This document shows, piece by piece, positions 1-5,991 of a stretch of DNA of 5,991 bases. The notes under the pieces were generated by a model that ran no database searches, was not told the DNA's origin, and saw nothing but the letters and a program-made list of their open reading frames with translations. Made by a program: the position numbers and the translations under genes. The DNA lies in the IMG/VR virus record IMGVR_UViG_2744054978_000003; one strand, given 5' to 3'. Positions within the stretch are counted from its first letter, which is position 1; every line of letters starts with the position of its first letter. This DNA comes from a virus (lineage: Duplodnaviria; Heunggongvirae; Uroviricota; Caudoviricetes).

Positions 1-40
1 TTTTTAAAGTATCGTCACACACCCAAGAATTACACAAAGT

Positions 41-70
41 CGTTCTTCTGCGGCGTCAAAGTGGTATAAA
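41..70 (+). promoter_or_regulatory. Candidate extended -10 promoter on the plus strand upstream of the 149-172 terminator
   Basis: TGgTATAAA at 62-70 (TG-n-TATAAA extended -10) with a weak -35-like CGTTCT/GTTCTT about 17 nt upstream. Could drive a ~95-nt transcript ending at the plus-strand terminator. Confidence 0.25.
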
Positions 71-148
71 AGACAGCCATTCCGCAAGGTGTTTTAACAA
101 ATCAAAAGGGGTTTTAATAACGGGCTTAAAGCTGAAAGCTTTCCGGAC

Positions 149-172
149 CCCCCAGCCTATCTGGGGGTTTTC
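149..172 (+). terminator. Plus-strand intrinsic terminator, convergent with the lom terminator
   Basis: CCCCCAG (149-155), loop CCTAT, CTGGGGG (161-167), followed by TTTT (168-171). Ends a plus-strand transcript coming from the left edge of the window. Confidence 0.55.
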
Positions 173-179
173 TGGTCCC

Positions 180-206
180 AAAAAAGCCCGCCTGAACCGG
201 CGGGCT
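180..206 (-). terminator. Intrinsic terminator downstream of lom
   Basis: Plus-strand AGCCCGCC (185-192), loop TGAACC, GGCGGGCT (199-206), an 8-bp stem. On the minus strand it is followed by a 5-U tract (complement of A-run 180-184). Lies 26 nt downstream of the lom stop codon. Confidence 0.65.
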
Positions 207-232
207 GTCATAACACTGTGTTACCTGGCTAA

Positions 233-832
233 TCAGAATTTATAACCGACACCCACGATGAAACCGTCAGTGCGCCAGTCGCCACTGCCGGAGCCTTCAT
301 AAGCAATATCAATGGCCACGGATTCGGTCGGGTTAAACTGCACGCCAGCTCCCCACGCCAGAGACGTGTTGCTGTGGCGACCGTCATCACTTCCGGTCAG
401 CACATCGTGCGTTTTCCCCTTGTTGTCAGTTACGCGAAGATAATCCCCGGAGAAAGTCGACACACGGCTGTAAGCCACACCCGCCATCGCATACGTGCTG
501 AACCATTCATTCACGCGCACAGACGGCCCCGCCATTACGCTGAACCAGCGGTTACGAACGGAATCTTCATGCCAGCGGGTATCGCTGTAACGGGTAAGCT
601 GGCGATTCTTGTCTCCTGCATAGCTGAATGACGTAACCATTCCCAGCGTGTCCGTAAACTCATAACGGTATTTCACGTTAATCCCGTTCAGATCATCACT
701 GCCGGGAACGTTCGTCGAGGCATGAAGATACCCCGCGCTCAGCGTGGACTGATGTTCAGACGCCCATGCAGGCGCACCGGATACGGCCAGACAAATGGCT
801 GCGGACAAAATTGCTGCACAAACTTTACGCAT
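233..832 (-). CDS. lom: Lom outer-membrane protein (Ail/Lom/PagC/OmpX family 8-stranded beta-barrel)
   Basis: 199-aa minus-strand ORF, ATG at 830-832 (complement), TGA at 233-235. Signal peptide [24 protein letters not shown], then ...[11 protein letters not shown]...[10 protein letters not shown]... and a C-terminal aromatic residue (..VGVGYKF) typical of outer-membrane barrels. Closely matches lambda Lom as I recall it. Located immediately downstream of J as in lambda. AGAGG Shine-Dalgarno-like sequence upstream. Confidence 0.95.
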   Translation of the reverse strand: MRKVCAAILSAAICLAVSGAPAWASEHQSTLSAGYLHASTNVPGSDDLNGINVKYRYEFTDTLGMVTSFSYAGDKNRQLTRYSDTRWHEDSVRNRWFSVMAGPSVRVNEWFSTYAMAGVAYSRVSTFSGDYLRVTDNKGKTHDVLTGSDDGRHSNTSLAWGAGVQFNPTESVAIDIAYEGSGSGDWRTDGFIVGVGYKF

Positions 833-856
833 AATTACCTCTCGCTTTTCTGCAAT

Positions 857-880
857 AAAAAAGGCGTCATTCCTGACGCC
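857..880 (-). terminator. Intrinsic terminator-like hairpin between the J stop and the lom start
   Basis: Plus-strand GGCGTCA (863-869), loop TTCC, TGACGCC (874-880), a perfect 7-bp GC-rich stem. On the minus strand the hairpin is followed by a 6-U tract (complement of A-run 857-862). On the plus strand it is followed by CTTTATT, so it may act in both directions. Confidence 0.6.
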
Positions 881-902
881 CTTTATTGGGGTTATAAATA
901 TT

Positions 903-3900
903 TCAACGAATACTGATGCCGGAAGCAGCTTTTTTGGTCACAATCACCGTACAGTCGGTGATATTGCCTGCCCCCTGATTGCCTTTCTGGAAAATCTTAA
1001 ACTCCAGAGTGACGCTACCACCACCACTAGGCATATCAATAACTGCACTGTAACTACCGGGAATGGCCCCTTTAGTTTCTCTGGATGCGATTAATACGCC
1101 GTTTTTGCGAACTTCAAAACCATAACCCGTGTATCGCGTGCCTCCTGGGTTATTTCCGCTCCCCGGATCGTCATACGCTATACCGTTAAAAATAATGGGC
1201 GGAATAATTATCTGGCGGTCAAAGTTATGATCATCGCTGATGGTGACTGTAACCGTACCGTTTGGTGTTTCCGTGTTACCCCACGTACCGACTTTTTTCG
1301 GGAAGGCTTTTGATACAGCTTTAACGAAATCCCCTCTGACCTGGGTCGCCTCCAGCATGCCCTTAATCGTACAGTTCTGGTTAATCGTGACATTGTTGAG
1401 CGTTCCTGAGTTCGCATTCACACTGCCACTGATATCCGCATTTTTAGCGGTCAGCTTTCCGTCTGATGTCAGGGAAAATACCGGAGGACTGCCACCGCTG
1501 GTAATGGTGGGGGCCGTCAGGCGCTTCAGGAACACGTCGTTCATGAATATCTGGTTGCCCTGCGCCACAAACATCGGCGTTTCATTCCCGTTTGCCGGGT
1601 CAATAAACGCGATACGGTTAGCGGCAACCAGAAACTGGCTCAGCTTGCCTTCCTCCGTGTCCTCCATGCTGAGGCCAATACCCGCGACATAATGTTTGCC
1701 GTCTTTGGTCTGCTCAATTTTGACGCCCCACATGGCATTCCACTTATCGTTAGCATCCTTCCACTCTTTCGAAAACTGCTCCAGTTTGCTGGCGTTATCC
1801 TCCGTCAGATCGACTTTTTCCAGCAGCTCCTTGCCGAGATGAGATTCGGTTATCTTGCCTTTGAAAAAATCCAGGTAACCTTCCGCATCATCGCTCGCCC
1901 GACCGACGGCCTCCACGAATGCCGATTTGCCAACGGTGTTCACACTGCGGATATAAAAGTAATAATCATGGCCCGGTTTGATATTGATACTGGCGGCTAT
2001 CCAGTACAGCCCCGTGCCAAGGTAGCGGGCTGTGGTTTCAACCTGCCTGATATCGGCAATCCGCGTTTCCGAGAACCAGAACTCAAACTGTACCGTCGGA
2101 TCATAAACCGCAAGATGCGGCGTGGCAGTTATCTGAAAATAGCCCGGCGTCAGCTCAATCCGCGACGGCGCTGCCGGGGCGGCAATCCGGAACGATACCG
2201 ATGCCGGATCGCCCTGCTGTCCCCACGCATTTACCGCCCGGACCGTCAGCGTGTAACGCCCCAGCGCCAGTTGCCTGAAGCGGTATGTGGTTTCCGTCGT
2301 CCGGGCCGTGCTGACCAGCCGCTCACTGCCGTCATCCGCTGTTACGGTCAGACGGAGCAGGAAGCTCACGCCCTTCACCACCTTCGGCGTGTCCCAGCGC
2401 GCCAGCACCTGATATTCCCCGCTGTCTGCGGTGACTTCGGCGGTCAGGTGCTGCACCGCTGGCGGCGTGACACCATTCACCGTGCCGCTCTGGTCGCCGT
2501 CAAAGTGCGCCCCGTTATCCACGATGGCCTCTTTTTCCGGTACATGCTGCACGGCGGTGATGGCATACGTGCCGTCGTCGTTCTCACGGATACTCACGCA
2601 GCGGAACAGGCGCTGGCGCAGCGTCGGCAGCTTCAGCCCCCACACGCTGTATTCAGCAACGCCGTCAGGAACACGGCTCACTTTCACCTTCACGCCGTCG
2701 GTGACGGACTGAACCTCCACGCTGACCGGATTGCCACTTCCGTCAACCAGGCTTATCAGCGTGGTGCCGGAAGATGGCAGCGTGATTTCACGGTCGAGCG
2801 TCAGCGTCCGGGTCTGGCTGTTCACCGCCAGCACGCGCCCGCCGGTGCTGATACCCGCATAGTCATCATCGCAGATTTCAATGACATCGCCCGGTACATG
2901 GCGAAGCCCTTCTGCGCCCACGCTGAAATCCACTGTCTGCGTTTCCAGCAGTTCTGTTTTAATCAGCCACAGCCCGGCGCGGTGTGCCTGCCCCCGACTG
3001 GTACAGCCAAAGGCATCCATTTTCGTGACGTTACGACCGTAACGGGCAATGGCCTGCGTATCTTCAACCAGCTCTGTCGCCGTCTCCCAGCCGTTATCCG
3101 GGTCAGTCCAGTTCACCTCAACGGCATTATGGCGGTCTTTCAGGGCGCTGAAGCTGTAGCGGAACGGCGCGCCATCATCCGGCATCACCACATTACTGCG
3201 GTTATAGGTCCACACCTTATCCGACGGTCGGTCCTGCACAAACGTCAGCGTCTGCCCGTTCCATACCGGCATACAGCGCATCGCCGAGCAGAAATCACTG
3301 AGCACATCCCACGCCTTGCGCTGTGTGGTCAGCCAGGCATTACAGGTGATGCGCGGCTCCGTGCCACCAAAGCCATCCGGCACCGACTGGTCACAATTCT
3401 GGCCGATGACATACAGCGCCCATTTGTCCACATCCGCCGCACCAAGACGTTTCCCCATGCCGTAGCGCGGATGGGTCAGCATATCCCACAGACACCAGGC
3501 CATGTTGTTGCTGTATGCTGGCTTAAACGTTCCGTCCCAGATACCGCTGTATTGCCGCGTCTGCGGGTTATAGTTCGACGGCACCTGCAGAATGCGCCCG
3601 CGAAGATGATAATTACGGCTCACCTGCTGGCTGCCGAACTGCTCCGAGTCCACCTGCACGCCGACCAGTGCCGTGTTCGGGTAGCACTGTTTCACATCGA
3701 TGATTTCGGTGTATGACGACCAGAGCGTTTTGTTCTGCAGCTGGTCTGTGGTGCTGTCCGGCGTCATCCTGCGCATCCGGATATTAAACGGGCGCGGCGG
3801 CAGGCTACCCACCACCACCGAGGCCAGATACTGCGAGGTGGTTTTGCCCTTAATGGTGATGTCTTTTTCCGTCACCCAGCCACCGTTACGTTGTATCTGA

Positions 3901-4316
3901 ACCAGCAGACGGACTTCCGACGGATTCCTGTCACCCTTTGAGGTGGTTTCCACCAGTGCCTGTACACCGAAGGTAAAGCGCAGACGGTCGATGTTTGCCG
4001 ACGTGATGGTGCGGGTGATCGGCGTGTCATATTTCACTTCCGTACCCAGCACAGTCTCGGAGCCGGAGGATTCAAAACCTTCCGGCGGTGTCTGCTCCTG
4101 CTCACCTGCCCGGAACACCACCGTGACGCCGGAGATGTTGGTATTCCCCTCACTGTCCAGCACCGGCGTACTGTTCAGCAGCACGCTTTTTAATCCATCC
4201 ACCGGACCTTCAATCGGCCCTTCACTGATGGCATCGATCACACTCAGCAGCTGCGTGGACTTCAGGTTGTCCTTCGCTTCGCGCGGGGTATGCCCCTTAC
4301 TGCTACCTTTACCCAT
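903..4316 (-). CDS. J: Tail tip attachment / host specificity protein J (lambda gpJ-like central tail fibre), 1137 aa
   Basis: Uninterrupted 1137-aa minus-strand ORF, ATG at 4314-4316 (complement), TGA at 903-905. N-terminus [45 protein letters not shown] is the lambda J N-terminus as I recall it. Size is close to lambda J (1132 aa) and it sits between I and lom. GGAG/GAGGA Shine-Dalgarno-like sequence directly upstream of the start. Confidence 0.97.
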   Translation of the reverse strand: MGKGSSKGHTPREAKDNLKSTQLLSVIDAISEGPIEGPVDGLKSVLLNSTPVLDSEGNTNISGVTVVFRAGEQEQTPPEGFESSGSETVLGTEVKYDTPITRTITSANIDRLRFTFGVQALVETTSKGDRNPSEVRLLVQIQRNGGWVTEKDITIKGKTTSQYLASVVVGSLPPRPFNIRMRRMTPDSTTDQLQNKTLWSSYTEIIDVKQCYPNTALVGVQVDSEQFGSQQVSRNYHLRGRILQVPSNYNPQTRQYSGIWDGTFKPAYSNNMAWCLWDMLTHPRYGMGKRLGAADVDKWALYVIGQNCDQSVPDGFGGTEPRITCNAWLTTQRKAWDVLSDFCSAMRCMPVWNGQTLTFVQDRPSDKVWTYNRSNVVMPDDGAPFRYSFSALKDRHNAVEVNWTDPDNGWETATELVEDTQAIARYGRNVTKMDAFGCTSRGQAHRAGLWLIKTELLETQTVDFSVGAEGLRHVPGDVIEICDDDYAGISTGGRVLAVNSQTRTLTLDREITLPSSGTTLISLVDGSGNPVSVEVQSVTDGVKVKVSRVPDGVAEYSVWGLKLPTLRQRLFRCVSIRENDDGTYAITAVQHVPEKEAIVDNGAHFDGDQSGTVNGVTPPAVQHLTAEVTADSGEYQVLARWDTPKVVKGVSFLLRLTVTADDGSERLVSTARTTETTYRFRQLALGRYTLTVRAVNAWGQQGDPASVSFRIAAPAAPSRIELTPGYFQITATPHLAVYDPTVQFEFWFSETRIADIRQVETTARYLGTGLYWIAASINIKPGHDYYFYIRSVNTVGKSAFVEAVGRASDDAEGYLDFFKGKITESHLGKELLEKVDLTEDNASKLEQFSKEWKDANDKWNAMWGVKIEQTKDGKHYVAGIGLSMEDTEEGKLSQFLVAANRIAFIDPANGNETPMFVAQGNQIFMNDVFLKRLTAPTITSGGSPPVFSLTSDGKLTAKNADISGSVNANSGTLNNVTINQNCTIKGMLEATQVRGDFVKAVSKAFPKKVGTWGNTETPNGTVTVTISDDHNFDRQIIIPPIIFNGIAYDDPGSGNNPGGTRYTGYGFEVRKNGVLIASRETKGAIPGSYSAVIDMPSGGGSVTLEFKIFQKGNQGAGNITDCTVIVTKKAASGISIR

Positions 4317-4327
4317 TCCTCACACTC

Positions 4328-4358
4328 CATAAACAACAAAGCCGCCCAAAAGGCGGCT
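4328..4358 (-). terminator. Terminator-like hairpin between the lipoprotein moron and the J start (possible moron 3' boundary)
   Basis: Plus-strand AGCCGCC (4340-4346), loop CAAAA, GGCGGCT (4352-4358). On the minus strand it is followed by UUUGUUGUUU (complement of 4331-4340), an interrupted U-tract, so terminator strength is uncertain. Sits 24 nt downstream of the lipoprotein stop and just upstream of the J ribosome-binding site. Confidence 0.35.
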
Positions 4359-4382
4359 CATGAGTTACGGCAGGATTAACTA

Positions 4383-4721
4383 TTATTTACATGCATTAAC
4401 ACTATCAGCAAAAATTTTTGGCGTTAATGCTGGTACGCGTTCATAAAGAGTAAAACTACTGCCATTTCCTGCTTTTTTGATATCAAGCACAACATCATAC
4501 CCACCCATAGCCTGTGGAACTAAAAGGCTTACCCCATTCTCAATAGGAATGGATGTTATAGGTGTTCCATTACCAGCCCATTGTCTGGATATGCAGCCTG
4601 ACAATTCATCAATATTTTTTAATGAATTACCTTCCATTACAGGCTTGCCGGATTTTACGTAATCCAAAGATTTACATCCTGTTAAGGCAATAATCGTGCA
4701 GAATAAAATCGTTTTGTTCAT
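4383..4721 (-). CDS. Small predicted outer-membrane lipoprotein (moron), 112 aa from ATG; function unknown, candidate superinfection-exclusion / receptor-masking factor
   Basis: Minus-strand ORF with ATG at 4719-4721 (complement) and TAA at 4383-4385. N-terminus MNKTILFCTIIALTGC is a lipoprotein signal peptide with lipobox L-T-G-C; mature protein begins C-K-S (Lys at +2, no Asp retention signal, so outer-membrane sorting is predicted). The region is clearly AT-rich relative to flanking I and J. The ORF track offers an upstream TTG at 4731-4733, but the ATG is the more plausible start. No strong Shine-Dalgarno was seen. Confidence 0.7.
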   Translation of the reverse strand: MNKTILFCTIIALTGCKSLDYVKSGKPVMEGNSLKNIDELSGCISRQWAGNGTPITSIPIENGVSLLVPQAMGGYDVVLDIKKAGNGSSFTLYERVPALTPKIFADSVNACK

Positions 4722-4760
4722 ATAGCTAACCAACAGAATAATTATCAGTGTTCGATATAA

Positions 4761-4788
4761 ATATTAAATCAGTTAGAACATGAGTAAA
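4761..4788 (-). promoter_or_regulatory. Candidate sigma70-type promoter for the lipoprotein moron
   Basis: On the minus strand: TTTACT (complement of 4783-4788), 16-nt spacer, TAATAT (complement of 4761-4766), in the AT-rich gap between the I stop and the lipoprotein start. Hexamers were picked by eye in AT-rich DNA, where chance matches are frequent. Confidence 0.3.
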
Positions 4789-4793
4789 TAATA

Positions 4794-5435
4794 TTACCGC
4801 CCAATTACCACAACCTGACCACCATCCCCTTCATCTGCCGTGCTGATCTCCTGAGATGCCACACGTGACCCCACGCGCATTTCACCGTACAGAACAGGCA
4901 GGACATTGCCTTGGGCAACCATGTTATCCAATGAGGAAAAATAGGTATTTTGCTTACCGTTATCAGTGGCTGACACTTTAGGCGTTTTGGCTTTCGGTGC
5001 CAGCATCTGCGCAACACCGCCTAAAACCATACCTGCCCCAAGAGAGAACATGAGATTACTTGCAACAATACTAAGCCCCGGCATCCAGATTGCCGTAGCA
5101 ATTAGCGCCGCACCCAGCACTGCCTGAAAAATACCGCCACTTTTGGCACCCGCCAGACGCGGTACGATGTGGATCACGGCACCATTTGCCAGCGGCTCAT
5201 TAAGACGGGCAGATAATTCGTTTTCGCCTGCATCACGCCCGGAAATGCGCACCTGATACCAGCCCTCATTCAGTTTCTGGCGAAACGCCGGAAGCTGCGT
5301 GGCCAGCGCCCGGATGGCTTCAGCCCCCGTTTTCACACGAAGGTCGATGCGGCGACCAAATCGTTGTAAATCCCCGTAAAGGCAGATGCGTGCCATGCCC
5401 GGTGACGCCAGAGGGAGTGTGTGCGTCGCTGCCAT
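4794..5435 (-). CDS. I: Tail assembly protein I (lambda gpI-like)
   Basis: 213-aa minus-strand ORF, ATG at 5433-5435 (complement) preceded by a GAGAGAGG Shine-Dalgarno-like run, TAA at 4794-4796. N-terminus MAATHTLPLASPGMARICLYGDLQRFGRR and C-terminus ...GNVLPVLYGEMRVGSRV...GGQVVVIGR match what I recall of lambda gpI. The start lies 103 nt inside the 3' end of K in another frame, the same overlap arrangement as lambda K/I. Confidence 0.9.
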   Translation of the reverse strand: MAATHTLPLASPGMARICLYGDLQRFGRRIDLRVKTGAEAIRALATQLPAFRQKLNEGWYQVRISGRDAGENELSARLNEPLANGAVIHIVPRLAGAKSGGIFQAVLGAALIATAIWMPGLSIVASNLMFSLGAGMVLGGVAQMLAPKAKTPKVSATDNGKQNTYFSSLDNMVAQGNVLPVLYGEMRVGSRVASQEISTADEGDGGQVVVIGR

Positions 5436-5991
5436 TTGTCGGTATACCTCTCTCGTTTGCTCAGTTGTTCAGGAATATGGTGCAGCAGCTCGCCGTCACC
5501 ACAGTAAATGGCGGCATGATTCGGCACCGATGAACCAAAACAGCACAGCAGCACATCGCCCGGCTGCGCCGCTGACAACGGCACCTGATACAGCCCTGTG
5601 GCCTCCAGATTATCCAAATAGAGATTCTGACCGTTACGCCACCAGTCATCCTCGCGATGAAAATCCGGCATCTCAATCCCCGCCAGATGGTAAGCATCCC
5701 GGAACAGCGTGTAACAGTCCGTCACCCCGTGCTCAAAGCGCCGCCCGGTAAGATGTGGCACACAGCGGAACTTGTAAATCGCCCCCCGGCAGACCAGCCA
5801 CCACGGCAAATCACTCTGCACCTGCAGCCGCCGATCGGCCTCACTCAGCCAGGGCAGACCACCGGGGTGACTGTGGACCAGCGCCACAATCTCACCCTGC
5901 ATTTCTGCCTGCAGCCAGTCCTCCGGCGACATCCGGAAATACTCTTCCGGCTCACCGGAGATATTCACGCAGGGAAAATATCTTTCCCCCT
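5333..5991 (-). CDS. K: Tail tip assembly protein K (lambda gpK-like), 5'-truncated by the window edge; MPN/JAMM domain followed by an NlpC/P60-like domain
   Basis: Minus-strand ORF ends at TGA 5333-5335. The ORF track starts it at GTG 5966-5968, but the frame stays open to 5989 (G-E-R-Y-F-P-C upstream), so the true start is probably outside the window. Contains an exact JAMM metalloprotease motif H-x-H-x7-S-x2-D (HSHPGGLPWLSEAD) and a downstream Cys/His segment (GVTDCYTLF ... NHAAIYCGDGELLHH) typical of NlpC/P60. Sits upstream of I and J as in lambda. Confidence 0.9.
   Translation of the reverse strand, partial: GERYFPCVNISGEPEEYFRMSPEDWLQAEMQGEIVALVHSHPGGLPWLSEADRRLQVQSDLPWWLVCRGAIYKFRCVPHLTGRRFEHGVTDCYTLFRDAYHLAGIEMPDFHREDDWWRNGQNLYLDNLEATGLYQVPLSAAQPGDVLLCCFGSSVPNHAAIYCGDGELLHHIPEQLSKRERYTDKWQRRTHSLWRHRAWHASAFTGIYNDLVAASTFV

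Noticed and set aside
1692-3716. 674-aa plus-strand ORF (and other plus-strand ORFs at 374-631, 722-916, 795-1094, 1240-1692, 2431-2712, 3700-3900, 3943-4332)
   Set aside because: All lie antisense to the strongly supported J and lom genes. Their translations are Arg/His/Pro-rich and low-complexity, typical of the reverse strand of GC-rich coding DNA, and they have no convincing start context. Treated as shadow ORFs.
4477-4662. 61-aa plus-strand ORF antisense to the lipoprotein gene
   Set aside because: The minus-strand frame has a textbook lipoprotein signal peptide and is longer; the plus-strand ORF has no features and is most likely a shadow.
4383-4721. Lipoprotein as an Rz1-type o-spanin (lysis lipoprotein)
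   Set aside because: o-spanin genes sit in the lysis cassette, usually embedded in or next to Rz, and encode short proline-rich products. This gene is in the tail module, is not proline-rich and is not embedded in another gene.
4719-4733. TTG at 4731-4733 as the lipoprotein start (116-aa version, MVSYMNK...)
   Set aside because: Starting at the ATG (4719-4721) gives the standard short positively charged n-region (MNK) ahead of the hydrophobic core and lipobox; the TTG would add four residues without an obviously better RBS. The TTG start cannot be fully excluded.
4805-5017. 70-aa minus-strand ORF inside I in another frame
   Set aside because: Fully nested in the well-supported I gene; basic, Trp/Cys-rich artefactual translation; no independent signals.
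5386-5751. 121-aa plus-strand ORF and the 78-aa minus-strand ORF (5461-5697) overlapping K
   Set aside because: Nested in or antisense to K, whose frame carries the JAMM and NlpC/P60 motifs; the alternatives show no recognisable motifs.
1-5991. CRISPR arrays, tRNA/rRNA genes, IS elements or an integrase/att site
   Set aside because: No direct-repeat/spacer periodicity, no cloverleaf-like tRNA candidates, no transposase- or integrase-like ORFs and no obvious terminal inverted repeats were seen. The window lies within a prophage structural module.

Overview
The window is a lambda-like (lambdoid) prophage tail-tip module from an enterobacterial genome, encoded entirely on the minus strand in the order K (5' end cut by the window edge) - I - [inserted small lipoprotein gene] - J - lom. 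K, I, J and lom are recognisable from hallmark residues and from the lambda-like architecture, including the ~100-nt K/I overlap. The most notable element is an AT-rich ~480-bp insertion between I and J, where lambda has only a short intergenic gap. It carries a 112-aa predicted outer-membrane lipoprotein with promoter-like and terminator-like flanks, i.e. a moron cassette directly upstream of the receptor-binding tail-tip gene. The 3' end of J (C-terminal ~150 aa, the receptor-binding region) is visibly more AT-rich than the rest of J, which suggests a swapped receptor-binding domain. Downstream of lom there are convergent intrinsic terminators and a possible small orphan transcription unit on the plus strand. 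All plus-strand ORFs over the J/I/K region are treated as antisense artefacts. No tRNA, rRNA, CRISPR array or transposase was seen.
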